Positions 46,618 through 58,830 of a stretch of DNA of 64,000 nt are shown one piece after another (position 1 is the first letter of the stretch; every line of letters begins with the position of its first letter). This stretch comes from Psammoneis japonica (lineage: Eukaryota), in assembly GCA_008632985.1 (NCBI GenBank), contig QPGO01000136.1, forward strand, positions 62,001-126,000, read 5' to 3'. Position numbers and translations under genes: made by a program. The notes under the pieces are model-generated. The model saw nothing but the letters and a program-made list of their open reading frames with translations. It ran no database searches and was not told the DNA's origin.

Positions 46618-49411
46618 CTACCGTTTTCCACCCTTGCCCTTGCCTTTGGACTTGGATTTATCCTTGGACTTGGATCCATCCTTAGACTTGGATCCACCCT
46701 TGCCGCCCTTGGACTTGCTCGGGGACCCATTTGAAGGGCATTTATTGAGTCTACAACGGCTGTTCACACCCTGCCATTCGCCTTTACAAAGCCTTTCGGT
46801 GGTAAGTATGCAAGTTCTGCCACCATCACCTCTGCTCGAGCTTCCACTGCCGCTGCCATACCAGCTGATGAAGCCTAAATCCCTGTCCCTCATCCGGCTC
46901 TTGCTTCCCCCCTTGGACTTACTGCTACTTCCGCCCTTACTCTTGCTTCCGCCCTTGCTGCTACTTCCGCCCTTGGACCTCCTGAAGCCCTTGCTGAAAC
47001 CCTTACTCCTGCTTGCTCTATCCGGGACAGCAATGCAGCATGCACCAAGTATTCCTGGCGTCGGTGGCCGGGTTGGACGTGGACAAGTTAGGTCACGGCA
47101 TAGATTACCCCGACCCTGGTATCTGCCTCCCAACAACCTGCAGCTCGAAGCAAATTTAAGGTCCCTGCATTTGCCGCTCTTGAAACAGCAGCCACCGTAA
47201 AGTGACGGCTTTGGAGTAGGTGGTGGAGTAGGATCAATATCCAACGGAGTTGGTGCTGGAGTAGGCTTCGGACAAGTTAAGTCACGGCATAGATTGCCCA
47301 ATCCCTGGTACATGCCTCCCACATCCATGCACCTCTTTTCCTTTCTAAAGTTCTGGCATCTACCATTTTCAAAGCAGCAGGCACCGCGATCAGGAGTTGG
47401 TGGTGGAGTAGGATCAATATCCAACGGAGTTGGTGATGGAGTAGGCATCGGACAAGTTAGGTCACGGCATCGATTACCCAATCCCTGGTACTTTCCACCC
47501 AAAGCGATGCACCTCAGTTCCTTTCTAAAGTTCTTGCATCTGCCGTTTGAAAAGCAACAGGCACCGCGATCAGGACCTGGTGGTGGAGGAGTTGGCTCTG
47601 GAGTTTTGGGTGCAGCAGTTGGTTCTGGAGTTTTGGGTGTAGCGGTTGGTGCTGGAGTTGCGACCGGACAAGTAATGAATTTGCATCTGTTACCGGCGCC
47701 CTGGAACTTTCCTCCCAACGATGCGCACTTAGCGGGGTTCACGAGATTCTTGCATGCACCATCTTCAAAACAACAGCCACCGCCTTGGCGGGGAGGATTA
47801 GTGGGCTTCGGGGTAATCGGTGTCGCCGTTGGCTCCGGGGTTGGGGCAGGGCAAATTGCGTCATCGTTGCAGTCAGTCTTGTCACCCTGATAAATTCCAC
47901 CGTCGTTGTCGCAAGTGTCTTCGTCGACGTCTTGACAGGTCCCGTCTTCGAAGCAACATGCTCCTTCCTCAATATCCAAGGCGGTTGGCGACGGAGTCTT
48001 GGGAGCAGGAGTGGGAGATGGCGTGGGAGCAGGAGTGGGTGGACGAGTTGGACACGTAATATCGCTGTCGTCGCATTCAGTACCAGCTCCCTGATAGTCT
48101 CCGTCAGCTCTTTTGCACTGATTCAGGTTCCTCGTTGAAGTACACGAGCCATCAGGAAGACAACATGCCCCCGGTAAGCGCCGACAGCGAGCGTTGTCGC
48201 AGGTGCTTCCGTTGCCGTTATAGATACCTCTGAAAAAGTCGCAAGTGTCCTCATCGACATTCTCACCGCAACTTCCGTCCGGGAAACAGCAACTGCCGTC
48301 CGTCACGTCCAATGGTGGGGTCGGAGAAGGAGTCTTAGGCGTTGCGGTCGGAGAAGGAGTCTCCGGTGCAGAAGTCGGAGAGGGAGTCTCGGGTGTTGAA
48401 GTTGGAGAAGGAGTCTCGGGTGCAGAAGTTGGAGAAGGAGTGTCAGGCACAGGACCGGGGGTAGGAGACGGAGTGTCCTGCGCTGTACAAGAGATATCAG
48501 GGTCATCACACTCGGTACCGGGGCCCTGGAAATCACCATTGGCTTCTCTAGTACACCTCCTCCTGTTTTTGAATTGCTGACACGATCCGTCAGGGAGGCA
48601 GCAGGCTCCAGGCTTGACTGCGCAAACAACGCTAGCGTCTGTACATTCCGAACCAGCTCCCTGGTAGGTTCCTCTATCACCATCACACGTAGCTTCATCA
48701 ACGATGCCACAAGATCCGTCCGGGAAGCAGCATGCACCCGCCTCAAAATCCAATGGGGTAGGAGATGGTGTCGCTGCAGCACAGGAAACATCGTTACACC
48801 TTACTCCGCTCCCCTGCCATTCACCTCCGAATCTCCTGTTACAAACTCCTTCATTCCTGGTAACTCTGCACTCTTCTGTTTCGCGTATACAGCATGCACC
48901 ACTTTGCCCAACCGGGGACACGGTGGGGCTCGGGGAAGGCGAAGGCTCTTCAGGACAGGTTGCGTCTTCGTTACACTCAGTGTTCCCGCCCTGGAATTTT
49001 CCGTTTGCAGCAAGACAGTCGGCTTTGTTGGCAATGCCACAAGTGTTCCCGAGATCAGGAAAGCAACACGCTCCGATTTTGTCGAGCTGTACGACGTTTG
49101 AGAGTCCAAATGAACAAGGATAATTAGAATAAATCGACGTATGAAAGCACTTGTCCCTTTAAGTTTCATTCTTACCCCAGATTTCAAAGGGACGTTTTGT
49201 AGCTTCCTGGAATTTGTCTCTGGTACTTCCTCAGTAAGCCCTAGCTTTGCCGCGAGATCTGCAGTAAAACGAAAACACAAAAGCGAAAATGTGAGAAAAG
49301 AACACAAACGCCAATGACATTGATGCCAAGAAAATACCCGGTCCTCGTACCCGCGGCTTCGCAACAAGCTAGAGAGAGAAGGAGTAAAACTCCCTTGCTA
49401 ACGATCTTCAT
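46618..49411 (-). CDS. Secreted Cys-rich GACC-repeat protein with Pro/Thr stalks and a Lys/Ser/Gly-rich tail (candidate cell-wall/adhesive protein)
   Basis: Signal peptide MKIVSKGVLLLLSLACCEA at 49411, with 5' introns (e.g. ~49259-49337). More than ten GACC..DG.C...C...GG.YQG.G..C repeats. TP.PT repeats. C-terminal SKGG/KSK tract. Confidence 0.8.
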
Positions 49412-50627
49412 CTTATCGACCCTTTTCGATGCGGTCGTTAGAAAAATTGTGACATGTATGAGTTCTTTTTCAAAGTTCAGGTACCGGTAAAGACTAGGTC
49501 GTGTTCGGATTATGCTTCAATTGCCAAGTTTGTTGTGGACTGCCAAGGTGAACAACAGCAGATACTTATGCAACCTTTATGTAGATAAACAGAGCCATAG
49601 GTTTTTGATTCAGTACCGGATGGACGAAACACTATTACCTATTGCCCCAACATTTATTTATGCCCGAATGACCGTCCGAAACGCCCGTAGGATTCTACGT
49701 CTAACATGTCTGAGGGGAAGACAAAATTTCAAAAATGATCTCAGGATCTGCTGAACGCCTATAATGGTTTGATGGCAATCGCTGTTGAGAAATATTTGTT
49801 GTGGATCTTGAAACTCTCTCGCAGGTTCACTCTTTATTTCTGACGTACCGATCCTACGTACTGTGTACTTGACAGTGCTCCCTGATCCGTTCATCCCTTT
49901 TCCATCTTGAGTCACGAGTGGTGTTCACAGCGTGGTCAGTTGGGGAATAACAGTATGGATCAGTGACATCGTTTATGACGATGTCTTTATTGTGCTGTGA
50001 GTAGGGAACGATTTGATCAATGAGCGATATCTTTTGGCCTCATGTCGTAAGAGAGCTTGTTTGGACTGGCAAGAGAAGGATGAACCATGACATTGCTTCA
50101 AAGATACCAGCAGTCAAAACGAACCATTTGAATTGGAGAACAACAAGTCTAGTCGATTGTCCTTGAGATGAAAGTGTAGGGTACTCAAACTGTTTAGCGA
50201 TAGTAGCCGCAACAGTGAGATCAACGACTGGGCTGCGCGATTGCAGTCGCAATAGCGAGAGGAACCAGAAGGAACAATCAATAACGAAAGGAACCAGAAG
50301 GAACGACCAGAGAATTCCCGAGTGTATGCATTCGGAAACTACGGTTCACATCGCCGCTTTCTCATAGAGCCGAGAAATGAAGCTCAGTTGCTCTGACGAC
50401 TATCGCTGCAAACAAAGTTATTCATCCGTGGCAAGCGCGTGTTGCAAGAGCTAGCTAGTGTATGATATTTTTGACGTCGAGCCCCTCAAACGCTTGAGAC
50501 GCGATCGCACTATAGATGCAATGAAGTGTCTTCATAATCTATTCTCAATGGCCCAACATCACCATACCTCAGTTATCACATTTATAGCCAACCTTTACAG
50601 ACGTCACAAGCTCACACACAACACTAC

Positions 50628-52625
50628 TTAAAGTCCCAGCTTTGCCAATTCATCCAAAAGACTCTTTTCATTGGCAATCTTTTTCTTTTGATCCTCATTC
50701 AAATCATCCTTGCCTTTGAGTTCTTCAATTTGTTTGAGAGTCTTTTTGATTTTTCGAGCTCGTTTTTCCGGATCCACTGGTTGTTGTTGTTGTTGCTTGG
50801 CGGCAGCAGCCGCCGCTTCTTCTTGTTGTTGTTGTTTGGCCTTGGCAGCCTTGAGACGTTCCTTGCGAGCAGCATTCTTCTTGCTACTCTTGTTGTTGCT
50901 GGATGATGATTCGGGTGCCATGCCTGGAATGACCTTTTTGTTGCCACCCACAATACTTTGAGACGAGGTCTTTGTGATTTTGGTGGCACCCATCATGGAC
51001 GATTCCTTTTCTCGTCTCATGCGTTCCGCTAAACTTGTGCCACTACTGGCTTTGCCACGTGCTCCGGGAGGAACATAACGACCCGCGGGTTTTTTGGGAG
51101 GAGGAGCTGCAACAGCGGTAGTAGCTGCAGTACTCTCATCGCCTACAGTCACACCCTTGGGTGGTGGACTCTGTGGTCGATCGGGATACACACACGTTGT
51201 TGCTGGCAAGAATTCGGCTTGCAACAAACGATCCGGTTGATACCATTCATTCTTCCACGGCAATTCTGCCGTCGATAGTTCTTGTCCATTGTATTTGAAC
51301 ACGCAAACACCATTGTCCACATTCATTCTTGGACTCGTGGTGCTGGAATAAAAGAGTCTCGAATCGGGAGACCATCCATATCCCACGGTACAATGCGCCA
51401 CGGGTTGCGGCAATTCAATCGTTTTTCCATTACCTTCATATTGTGGAATGACTTTGAGTTTATTTCGATCCCAAAACGTCATGCCACCCTGTAAATTCCC
51501 AAATCCAGCCAAACACACAAATCGTCCATGGGGTGACCAGGAGATGGTGTTGCGATGGGCATTGCCAAACAAAAAGATTGGTTCTGCCGTTGATCCGTGA
51601 TGGAGGGATGCCATGCTGGGCATTTTACCACTCTCAACACCAAAACACGGTGGTTTGGATGGATTGGGCATCCATGCTACATTCAAGACGGGGCCATCGC
51701 TGCTATTGTTGGGAAGTGGTACGGCCAAGACGTCCTTGGTGGTAAACAAGTAGAGTGTGGCGGATCCATAATAGGATTCACCCGTGGTATCGACACTGGT
51801 TTGCATCGATACGAGTGCCGAATCGCCACGGGGAGACCAATGGACGGCCACGTCTTCGACTTGATAGAGACTCTTGGAAACAAGTGCGGGATACCCTTGT
51901 GGGTTATTGCTGCTTGTTTTGACTGCTGCTTGGCATGGATATTGCAACAACGACACTCGTCCCGGCTTGTCCTTGGTGGTGGGAACAAAGACGGAAAGCA
52001 AATAACTATCGCTAGTAGTAGTAGCATCCGCAACCTTTTCTGGAACCGACATGCTCACGACACCCTGACACCGCATCTTGTCAATATACCGAACTTCTTC
52101 TTTAGAAGAAAACGCATTGCCCTCATAGACTCGTACTTCATTGGTGGCCAGCAAAAAGGCATACCGTTCATCATGAGTCCATTGAATATAGGGCCACGCG
52201 TCTTTGCGAATGTTTTTTTGAACAAAGCCACATTCCAATTCGCCAGAAACAGCATTCCAAACTTTGAGATTGAATGCTTGATTTGGATTGAGCTTTTCCC
52301 ACGTGAGCAAATACGTGCCCTTGGGACTGCAACACATGAAGGATACCTTTTCCGAGTTTTGCAAAAAGGGTTTGTTTGGAAGCCGTGTCGATTGTTCCAA
52401 ATCACACTTGATGACACCCACACCAGCTTGATGAATATACGCATACTTTCCATTGGGTGAAATGACTTGGAGCGTTGTCGAACCCTTTAGTAACCAATTT
52501 CGTTCTTGTAGTGGTGGAGAGGGAACATTGTACAACTCCACACCATCTTTGGAACGCAACAACATTCGACATGGTGGAAGAGTAGTAGTAGTAGTATCAG
52601 CGCTGCTTTTTGTTGATGACGACAT
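50628..52625 (-). CDS. EIF2A: Eukaryotic translation initiation factor 2A
   Basis: VDTTGESYYG, RNTISWSPHGR..LAGFGNL.G.M.FWD, TTSPRMNVDNG and YVPP motifs. C-terminal coiled coil KK.L.QIE.LK. Confidence 0.95.
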   Translation of the reverse strand: MSSSTKSSADTTTTTLPPCRMLLRSKDGVELYNVPSPPLQERNWLLKGSTTLQVISPNGKYAYIHQAGVGVIKCDLEQSTRLPNKPFLQNSEKVSFMCCSPKGTYLLTWEKLNPNQAFNLKVWNAVSGELECGFVQKNIRKDAWPYIQWTHDERYAFLLATNEVRVYEGNAFSSKEEVRYIDKMRCQGVVSMSVPEKVADATTTSDSYLLSVFVPTTKDKPGRVSLLQYPCQAAVKTSSNNPQGYPALVSKSLYQVEDVAVHWSPRGDSALVSMQTSVDTTGESYYGSATLYLFTTKDVLAVPLPNNSSDGPVLNVAWMPNPSKPPCFGVESGKMPSMASLHHGSTAEPIFLFGNAHRNTISWSPHGRFVCLAGFGNLQGGMTFWDRNKLKVIPQYEGNGKTIELPQPVAHCTVGYGWSPDSRLFYSSTTSPRMNVDNGVCVFKYNGQELSTAELPWKNEWYQPDRLLQAEFLPATTCVYPDRPQSPPPKGVTVGDESTAATTAVAAPPPKKPAGRYVPPGARGKASSGTSLAERMRREKESSMMGATKITKTSSQSIVGGNKKVIPGMAPESSSSNNKSSKKNAARKERLKAAKAKQQQQEEAAAAAAKQQQQQPVDPEKRARKIKKTLKQIEELKGKDDLNEDQKKKIANEKSLLDELAKLGL

Positions 52626-53026
52626 GGTTTATAATATGCTCTTGTGTGGTAAAGACAAAATCACAGGACAACAACTCTAACGACACTTCGTTTCTCAAGA
52701 TCAACACGTTGTGGTTGTGAGAAAGAAAATGAGGGGAGCAAAAAAACGTGAGGTCATGAACGAGCCTGTCGACTCATTGGACTAAACATATATAATTTCT
52801 TCATATGATATAGAATGAAAAGCGTGGCTTGCTCGCGCGCACGTGTGCGTGGTACTGTATGTTGAAGCAGAGCGCTTTCTTCAGTTCTTCAGCATGACAC
52901 AATGATGCCCGTTGCCCGTTGTGTGCACATGGTTCTCTGATTGTTGCTACACTGGTTGTTATCGTTGATGTTCCACCATGGCACACGAAACTTCCATGAC
53001 TCTTTCAAAATGACAACGACGACAAC

Positions 53027-54893
53027 ATGTCGTCGAGTGAAAAAATCATTGCGCTTCAACAAGAAATTGCGCAACTCACGCATCAACTCGAAAGCCTTCA
53101 ACAACAAGGTCCCAACAAGAAGAAAAAAAAGAAAAACCGTCTTTTGCCACACTCCACTACAGTATTCTATGACGAATCCTCCAAAAAGCAAAGCCAACAA
53201 CGTCAACGATTGGGACGGAATGCATCGATTGGAACACGCAATGTCTTGAATGCACTTCCTCATGCTTCTCAACAACAAGCTGCGGACCATGCATCACACG
53301 CCGCAGCACGCCGCGTCATGACCATGTTTTCCAATCCATCCTCTCATATGGATTATTTGAATTCAACCGAATTCAGTCGAGACTTGTTGAAATTGTGTGG
53401 ACGTGTCCGTAAAATATTGGAAAAGGAACCCCGTTGTGTATTGTCAAAGTCCGGCGTACGTCTTTGGTGATATTCACGGCAATTTGGAAGATTTGCATTT
53501 CTTTTCCGATAATGTATGGAGACTCGGTATGGCATTGACGGCGGGGAATTTTGTCTTTTTAGGTGATTATGTGTCGATCGTGGTTTTGAATTCGTGTGAC
53601 TCTAATGAAAATCTCATGCCATACCATGATCCTCTCCTTTTTCTCCTTTTTCCGATTCATTCTCTTTTTAAGGTGATTATGTCGATCGTGGCTTAAATGG
53701 ACTAGAGTGTGTCGCCTATTTGCTAGCGGTCAAGTTGCTAATCCAACCAAAGTGTTTTTATTGAGAGGCAATCACGAAACACGCGATGTCAATGGATGGG
53801 AAGAACATTATGGTGAACGGAGTTTTATGTATCATGTCGATTGCGTTTTGGAGATTTTGTAGGATATAAGCTTTGGGAACAATGCAATCAAGTCTTTGAT
53901 CGCATGCCGTTGTCGGCCGTGATTGATCAAGACATTTTTTGTGTCCACGGGGGCATTCCAAGACCCATTTCCAAGGGTACCACCAGCATTTCCGATATAC
54001 TCAAGGTGCCTCGTGTGGCGGGTATCAATCCACCCTATGGACACGAACAAGAAGTTTATCAACAAGTGGCGAGTGATTGCATTTGGAGCGATCCAGCCAC
54101 GGAACATCAAGAAGCCACCGGCGTGGATCCATCGTCGGGGTTTGGTGAGTCCCTCCGTGGTGGCGGTGCCATTTGTTTTGGTCATTTGGCCGTGACGAAT
54201 TTTTTAAAACAACAAAACATGTCGTACATTATGCGTGCCCACGAGGCCCACGCCGAAGGCGTGGCCGTCAGCAAGGGTGCACGGGTCTTTACCGTCTTTA
54301 GTACATCCAAGGATCACAATCAGGGCTCTCAAGCCATGGCGGGTTGTATCTTGGTGGATTTTGACAAGCTTCAAGTCATTAATCGATCACCGGCCTACAA
54401 GAATCAATACGTTCATCGACGGGATTCCGTCAGTTTGGCGGCATTGACCGAAAGTGAAATTCAACAACGCATGCGACTCGGGCTCGTGACCAATCCAGTG
54501 GCCAATTCCGACAGTGAAGAAGACGAGGATGAACAACAACAACAGCAACAAGATGAGGAAGAGTGGGATAATATCTCGGATGATGACGAGGAGGAAAATG
54601 ACGCAAAGGAATCATCGTCGTCTCGCTTTACCTTTGATCACGAGCGGAGGACGTCCGTGGATGCGTCACACACGTGCACGTCTCCGATTGGTAGTTCACA
54701 CGACAATCACGATGTACCGTCGTCGTCGCTTCGCCGTACCGAAGGATTAAATATCATGGACTTGGAGATGACGTGGTTCGTCGACCCAGTCGTTGTTCGT
54801 CCATTCATGAAGAAGAAGAGGAGGACGAAGTGGAAACGGACGTGGGTAGTGACAATGACGAAGCCATGGCTATTTGAAAAACATGGATTGTAG
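53027..54893 (+). CDS. PPP-family Ser/Thr protein phosphatase (intron 53563-53672; frameshifts)
   Basis: [34 protein letters not shown] and TVFS motifs in order. Confidence 0.9.
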
Positions 54894-55087
54894 TTGGCTA
54901 CCGTAGCAAAGTTTGTGGCTTTGATGTTCCCTCTAAACTAAGTAGTATATTTTCTTTCGACGACGCGCAAAAGCTAGCAGATGAATGACAATATAGTTGG
55001 TTTAAGATATCAAAACGACAACGATGATTTCTATGCAACCATAAATAAACGAAAACCCACCCATCTCGTACAGTATGCGCATCAATT

Positions 55088-55873
55088 TTACATGCGCATG
55101 ACAGATGTAGTCTTGTTGACCAAATAGGCCTCGTCCACTTTTCCAACAATTACAATCTTGTCTTTCTTTTTATGTTCAACGCGTTCTCCATCCATCCACT
55201 CACCCTTGTCGACCGTTCCGTCGGGGTGCTCAATTTCACCCTTTCCGTGCTCCACGTCTTGTTTCCATCCACCCCGGTAGACATCGCCATTGGCATAAAA
55301 GTACGTTCCGTAGCCATCCCTCAAGTCCTCCTTGTAGGTTCCGACAAAGGCATCCCCCGTGGGCCAGTGGAATTCGCCATCGCCGTGCCTCAAGTCATTT
55401 GCAAACTCACCCTTGTAGTAAACGCCGTCGGCAAACGTATAAGTGCCTTGGCCATGACGCAAATCATTCTTCCACGATCCCTTGTACACGTCCTTACTGG
55501 GCCATGTGCTTGTTCCGTATCCATGGCGAAGACCCTTTTTGAAATCACCCACATAGCTATAGCCGTCAGGAAACCGCAATGTGCCATAACCATGAAAGAG
55601 ACCGTTTTGGTATTGTCCCTTGTAAGTCGAGGCCTTGCGTTCTTCGAGCTTGGATTGTGGTACACGGTAAAAGGTACCGGTGCCAATCTTGGCAGTGCCT
55701 TGCTCGGCAACACCCACCCATTGCCTGCCGTCGTGGCTCTTGAGAAACATTTCGATTCTTTCTGGGTCTTCTCGTGTTCGTGTTGCTTCTGCATGTTCTG
55801 CATGGCAAACAACGTTGACATGAAGAGCAGCAATCACAAAGAGGGTAATAAAGAGAGAGCGCAACCGAAACAT
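55088..55873 (-). CDS. MORN-repeat protein with signal peptide
   Basis: Six 23-aa Y.G.F/W....HG.G.....DG repeats. N-terminal MFRLRSLFITLFVIAALHVNVVCHA. Confidence 0.88.
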   Translation of the reverse strand: MFRLRSLFITLFVIAALHVNVVCHAEHAEATRTREDPERIEMFLKSHDGRQWVGVAEQGTAKIGTGTFYRVPQSKLEERKASTYKGQYQNGLFHGYGTLRFPDGYSYVGDFKKGLRHGYGTSTWPSKDVYKGSWKNDLRHGQGTYTFADGVYYKGEFANDLRHGDGEFHWPTGDAFVGTYKEDLRDGYGTYFYANGDVYRGGWKQDVEHGKGEIEHPDGTVDKGEWMDGERVEHKKKDKIVIVGKVDEAYLVNKTTSVMRM

Positions 55874-56320
55874 GATGTTGAGAGATGGATTGATGGTATC
55901 AATGTTCGTTCCCGTGAAAAAAAGTGTGCTGCTATTATCACTGTGTGGTGTTTGCAGCCACTTCATTTTCTCTTCGTCCGGGTCTCGGTAGTTTCAAAAA
56001 AATTTGAACGGATTCAACTCTTTCCCAACCTACAACTCTGAATATATCTCAATTGCCTATTGTTCTTATTGTTCCATATCCTTTATGTAACGGTGGATTT
56101 TAATTTCAACGGAAAATATATATTAGAGTGCAAATATGTTGAATACAGACAATTTTATGAGTGCGCGCTCTCCATGGCCATCCTTTTCAGAAGCTCGCAT
56201 CGCTGAAATCGATGTATGACCAGAGATCAGATCAGCATTGTTGATGATCATGAATGAGAAACGACGGCTCATGCTCCGCTGATTGTCGATCCACTCCATC
56301 TGTTTTTGCACTTCGACATT

Positions 56321-57643
56321 ATGACAAGGTTCAAAGGATTTCATGTGATTGTTCTATTGGCTGGAGTTTCCGTGATCTACATTTTTTTCTCGCTTTGCAC
56401 TAGCCATGTGATTGGAAGAGCCCAATTCGTTGAGGAACAGCGCAAGACATCCACAACAGAGTCTATTGGAGACATTCAAGCGATTATGATATCTTACAAC
56501 TGGACACATCATCCGTTTTGGAAGCATGGCATGGAAGACTTCTGTGATTTAGTGAAACAGGAAAAAGCGCGGCTGCGGAATACGTACTCGTCAAAGCAAC
56601 GCAAACCCCGAATTGTGGTAGATTTCTCGACACGTTGCCATGATCCATATCATGTGTTTGGATTGGGAGTCGGAAACATTGTCATGGCTGTCTATGGACT
56701 ACGATTAACGGCAGTTGCGTTGGGAGTCGATTTTTCCTTTCGTTGCCTGGATGTGACCGAGAATGACGTGCTGGCCTACACGGACGAAGTGCTGCCTTGG
56801 CTTGAAGGGTACTTTGAAGCTCCTTCCAGAAAAGGTGGCAAACTCCGCAATGGGGCCACGTTTTCTCCTTTTGTTCCTACTATTCCTGGTGTGGGCAAGA
56901 CATGCCGGGGCTTTCTCACGCATCCGTTACATTACATGTCCGAAGCCATGCGGCATGAATTACGAATCATGGCGTTGACGCTGCTTGGACCAAGGACACG
57001 TGCGCAACAAGAATTGGCACAGCAGCAAAACATCTTGACAGATCCTCTCATTCCAGATACTGAAGTTGATAATGTCGCCATTCACCTTAGATGTGGGGAC
57101 GTTATTGGAGTCAAAAGCGCCGATTATGGCTTTGTCCGGTTCGACACATTTCGAGACTTGATTTCGCCGTCTGCTTTGTCCATTGGAATTATTACACAGC
57201 CTTTTGAAAAGGAGCAAAATCGACAACGCGATCAATTCTATATCGAGCCGTGTCGTGGGATTGTCGAGAGTCTGGTGCAATACCTTCAACAGTATTTTCC
57301 ACATGCCACAATATCTGTTCGCAACGGTCCTCAAGAAACAGCCGCTACAGCATTCGCACGGCTGGTGCTGGCCAATCAAACTTTCAGCTCCCTCAGCACA
57401 TTCTCCTTATTTCCTGCAATTGCGTCATTTGGGACATCCTACGTTCAGAATGGAAGGCTTGCCTACTTTGTTCCGCCTATCGCAGAGGTGCATCAGGATG
57501 TAACGATTATGAATGGAACCGTCCTCACCCCCACCATGCTGAGAGAGACCAAGACCTTATCTGACGTTATTGCGTGGCTACAGAACGGGGAACTAGAGCT
57601 CAGGAGAAATGAAAATATGGACACTACAAGGTTACGAAGATAA
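56321..57643 (+). CDS. Type II membrane glycosyltransferase-like protein (GT11/fucosyltransferase-like motifs)
   Basis: N-terminal TM anchor. G.GN, AIHLRCGD and STFS.F.A motifs. Confidence 0.6.
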   Translation: MTRFKGFHVIVLLAGVSVIYIFFSLCTSHVIGRAQFVEEQRKTSTTESIGDIQAIMISYNWTHHPFWKHGMEDFCDLVKQEKARLRNTYSSKQRKPRIVVDFSTRCHDPYHVFGLGVGNIVMAVYGLRLTAVALGVDFSFRCLDVTENDVLAYTDEVLPWLEGYFEAPSRKGGKLRNGATFSPFVPTIPGVGKTCRGFLTHPLHYMSEAMRHELRIMALTLLGPRTRAQQELAQQQNILTDPLIPDTEVDNVAIHLRCGDVIGVKSADYGFVRFDTFRDLISPSALSIGIITQPFEKEQNRQRDQFYIEPCRGIVESLVQYLQQYFPHATISVRNGPQETAATAFARLVLANQTFSSLSTFSLFPAIASFGTSYVQNGRLAYFVPPIAEVHQDVTIMNGTVLTPTMLRETKTLSDVIAWLQNGELELRRNENMDTTRLRR

Positions 57644-57707
57644 TCACGCGAAAAAATGTATGCCAAGTCTTGCACCAGCCTTTCCAGCGATAGCACCTTT
57701 GGACAAT

Positions 57708-58830
57708 TCAATACTTTATGGAGAAAACACTATCGTATCTTCCCTGAGGATCACCGAGGCGGGCTGTGACGGCCAAGGTATATCTGGTATTAGATAAAGC
57801 CACGGCCCATCCAAATGCATCGCCAGGTGCTGTGCCATCGACAGGCGAGCCCATGTTCTCCCACTCATCTTGTTCGGGCTCATTGGGCTCGAAGACTCGG
57901 GCTTGACCAGTTTGCTGAGCGAAGTTCCTTGCACCGACGGCGACCCTGTTACCATCACTAATCAGGGACACGCGGTGACCAAAGCCGGAGCCTTCATCTC
58001 CACGAATTACTGGGCCAAGTTGGTTCCACTGGTCGCAATTCCGTCGGTAAGTGATGACGGTTTGGCCTTGGTTTGCTCCCGCTGCAATTGTGCTGCCATC
58101 GCGGGATACTTTAACATCTCCTCCAAGTCGACTTCCTTCATCAGTGCCTTGTATTGTCTGCACGGCGGTCACTTCTGCCGGACCAAGCGGTGTGGGTGTG
58201 GGAGATGGAGTTGGTATGTCGGTTTCTTTCACCGTACCTGTCGGTGTGGGAGATAGCGTCAGCGAGACTGTGGGAGATGGAGTTGGTATGTCGGTTTCTT
58301 TCACCGTACCATTCAGTGTCGGAGATGACGTTGGCGGAACTGTGGTTGATGGTGTTGGCGGGGCAGTTACTTCAGTGTGAGAGATGGCGTTTTTCCGATT
58401 ACTTTAAGCGTGAGACAGATAGCGATGACTGATCTGTAGTTTGGGTGCCAATTAATACGCCTACCACTGCCCCAACGGCTGCAATCAGTAAAATGATTGC
58501 AGAAGCGATGAACCACCTGCGCCTCCACAATGGAGTCTCGGCCAACTGGTCGGTGGATTTTCCCTTATCTGGGGGACTGCTCTCCCTGACCAGACCCGCA
58601 ATCAGTGCAATGATTCCAGAAGTGACGAACCACCTGCGCCTCCACAATGGAGTCTTGGCCCTCTGGTCAGTGTTTTTTCTCTCATCTGGGAGTCTGCTCT
58701 CCCTGACCAAACCCTCTTCTGCTGTGTCATCTACAGCCTGTGCTGTGACGCTTGATGAGGTACGTCTTCGATTTCTTGCCTAATTTTGCAACGAAGCTCT
58801 TCGCGAATTTCATTTGCCGAATCCTCATTG
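57708..58830 (-). pseudogene. Type II membrane protein with Pro/Thr stalk and FG-GAP-like propeller repeats; frameshifted and 3'-truncated
   Basis: Duplicated 117-bp TM segment (TPLWRRRWF). 72-bp TP.PT repeats. FG..VSL..DG..VAVGA blades. Homology to the 63480-64000 copy breaks at ~57740 while that copy continues. Confidence 0.6.

Noticed and set aside
51597..52460. 287-aa plus-strand ORF
   Set aside because: Antisense shadow of eIF2A with no recognisable motifs.
55172..56041. 289-aa plus-strand ORF
   Set aside because: Antisense shadow of the MORN-repeat gene.
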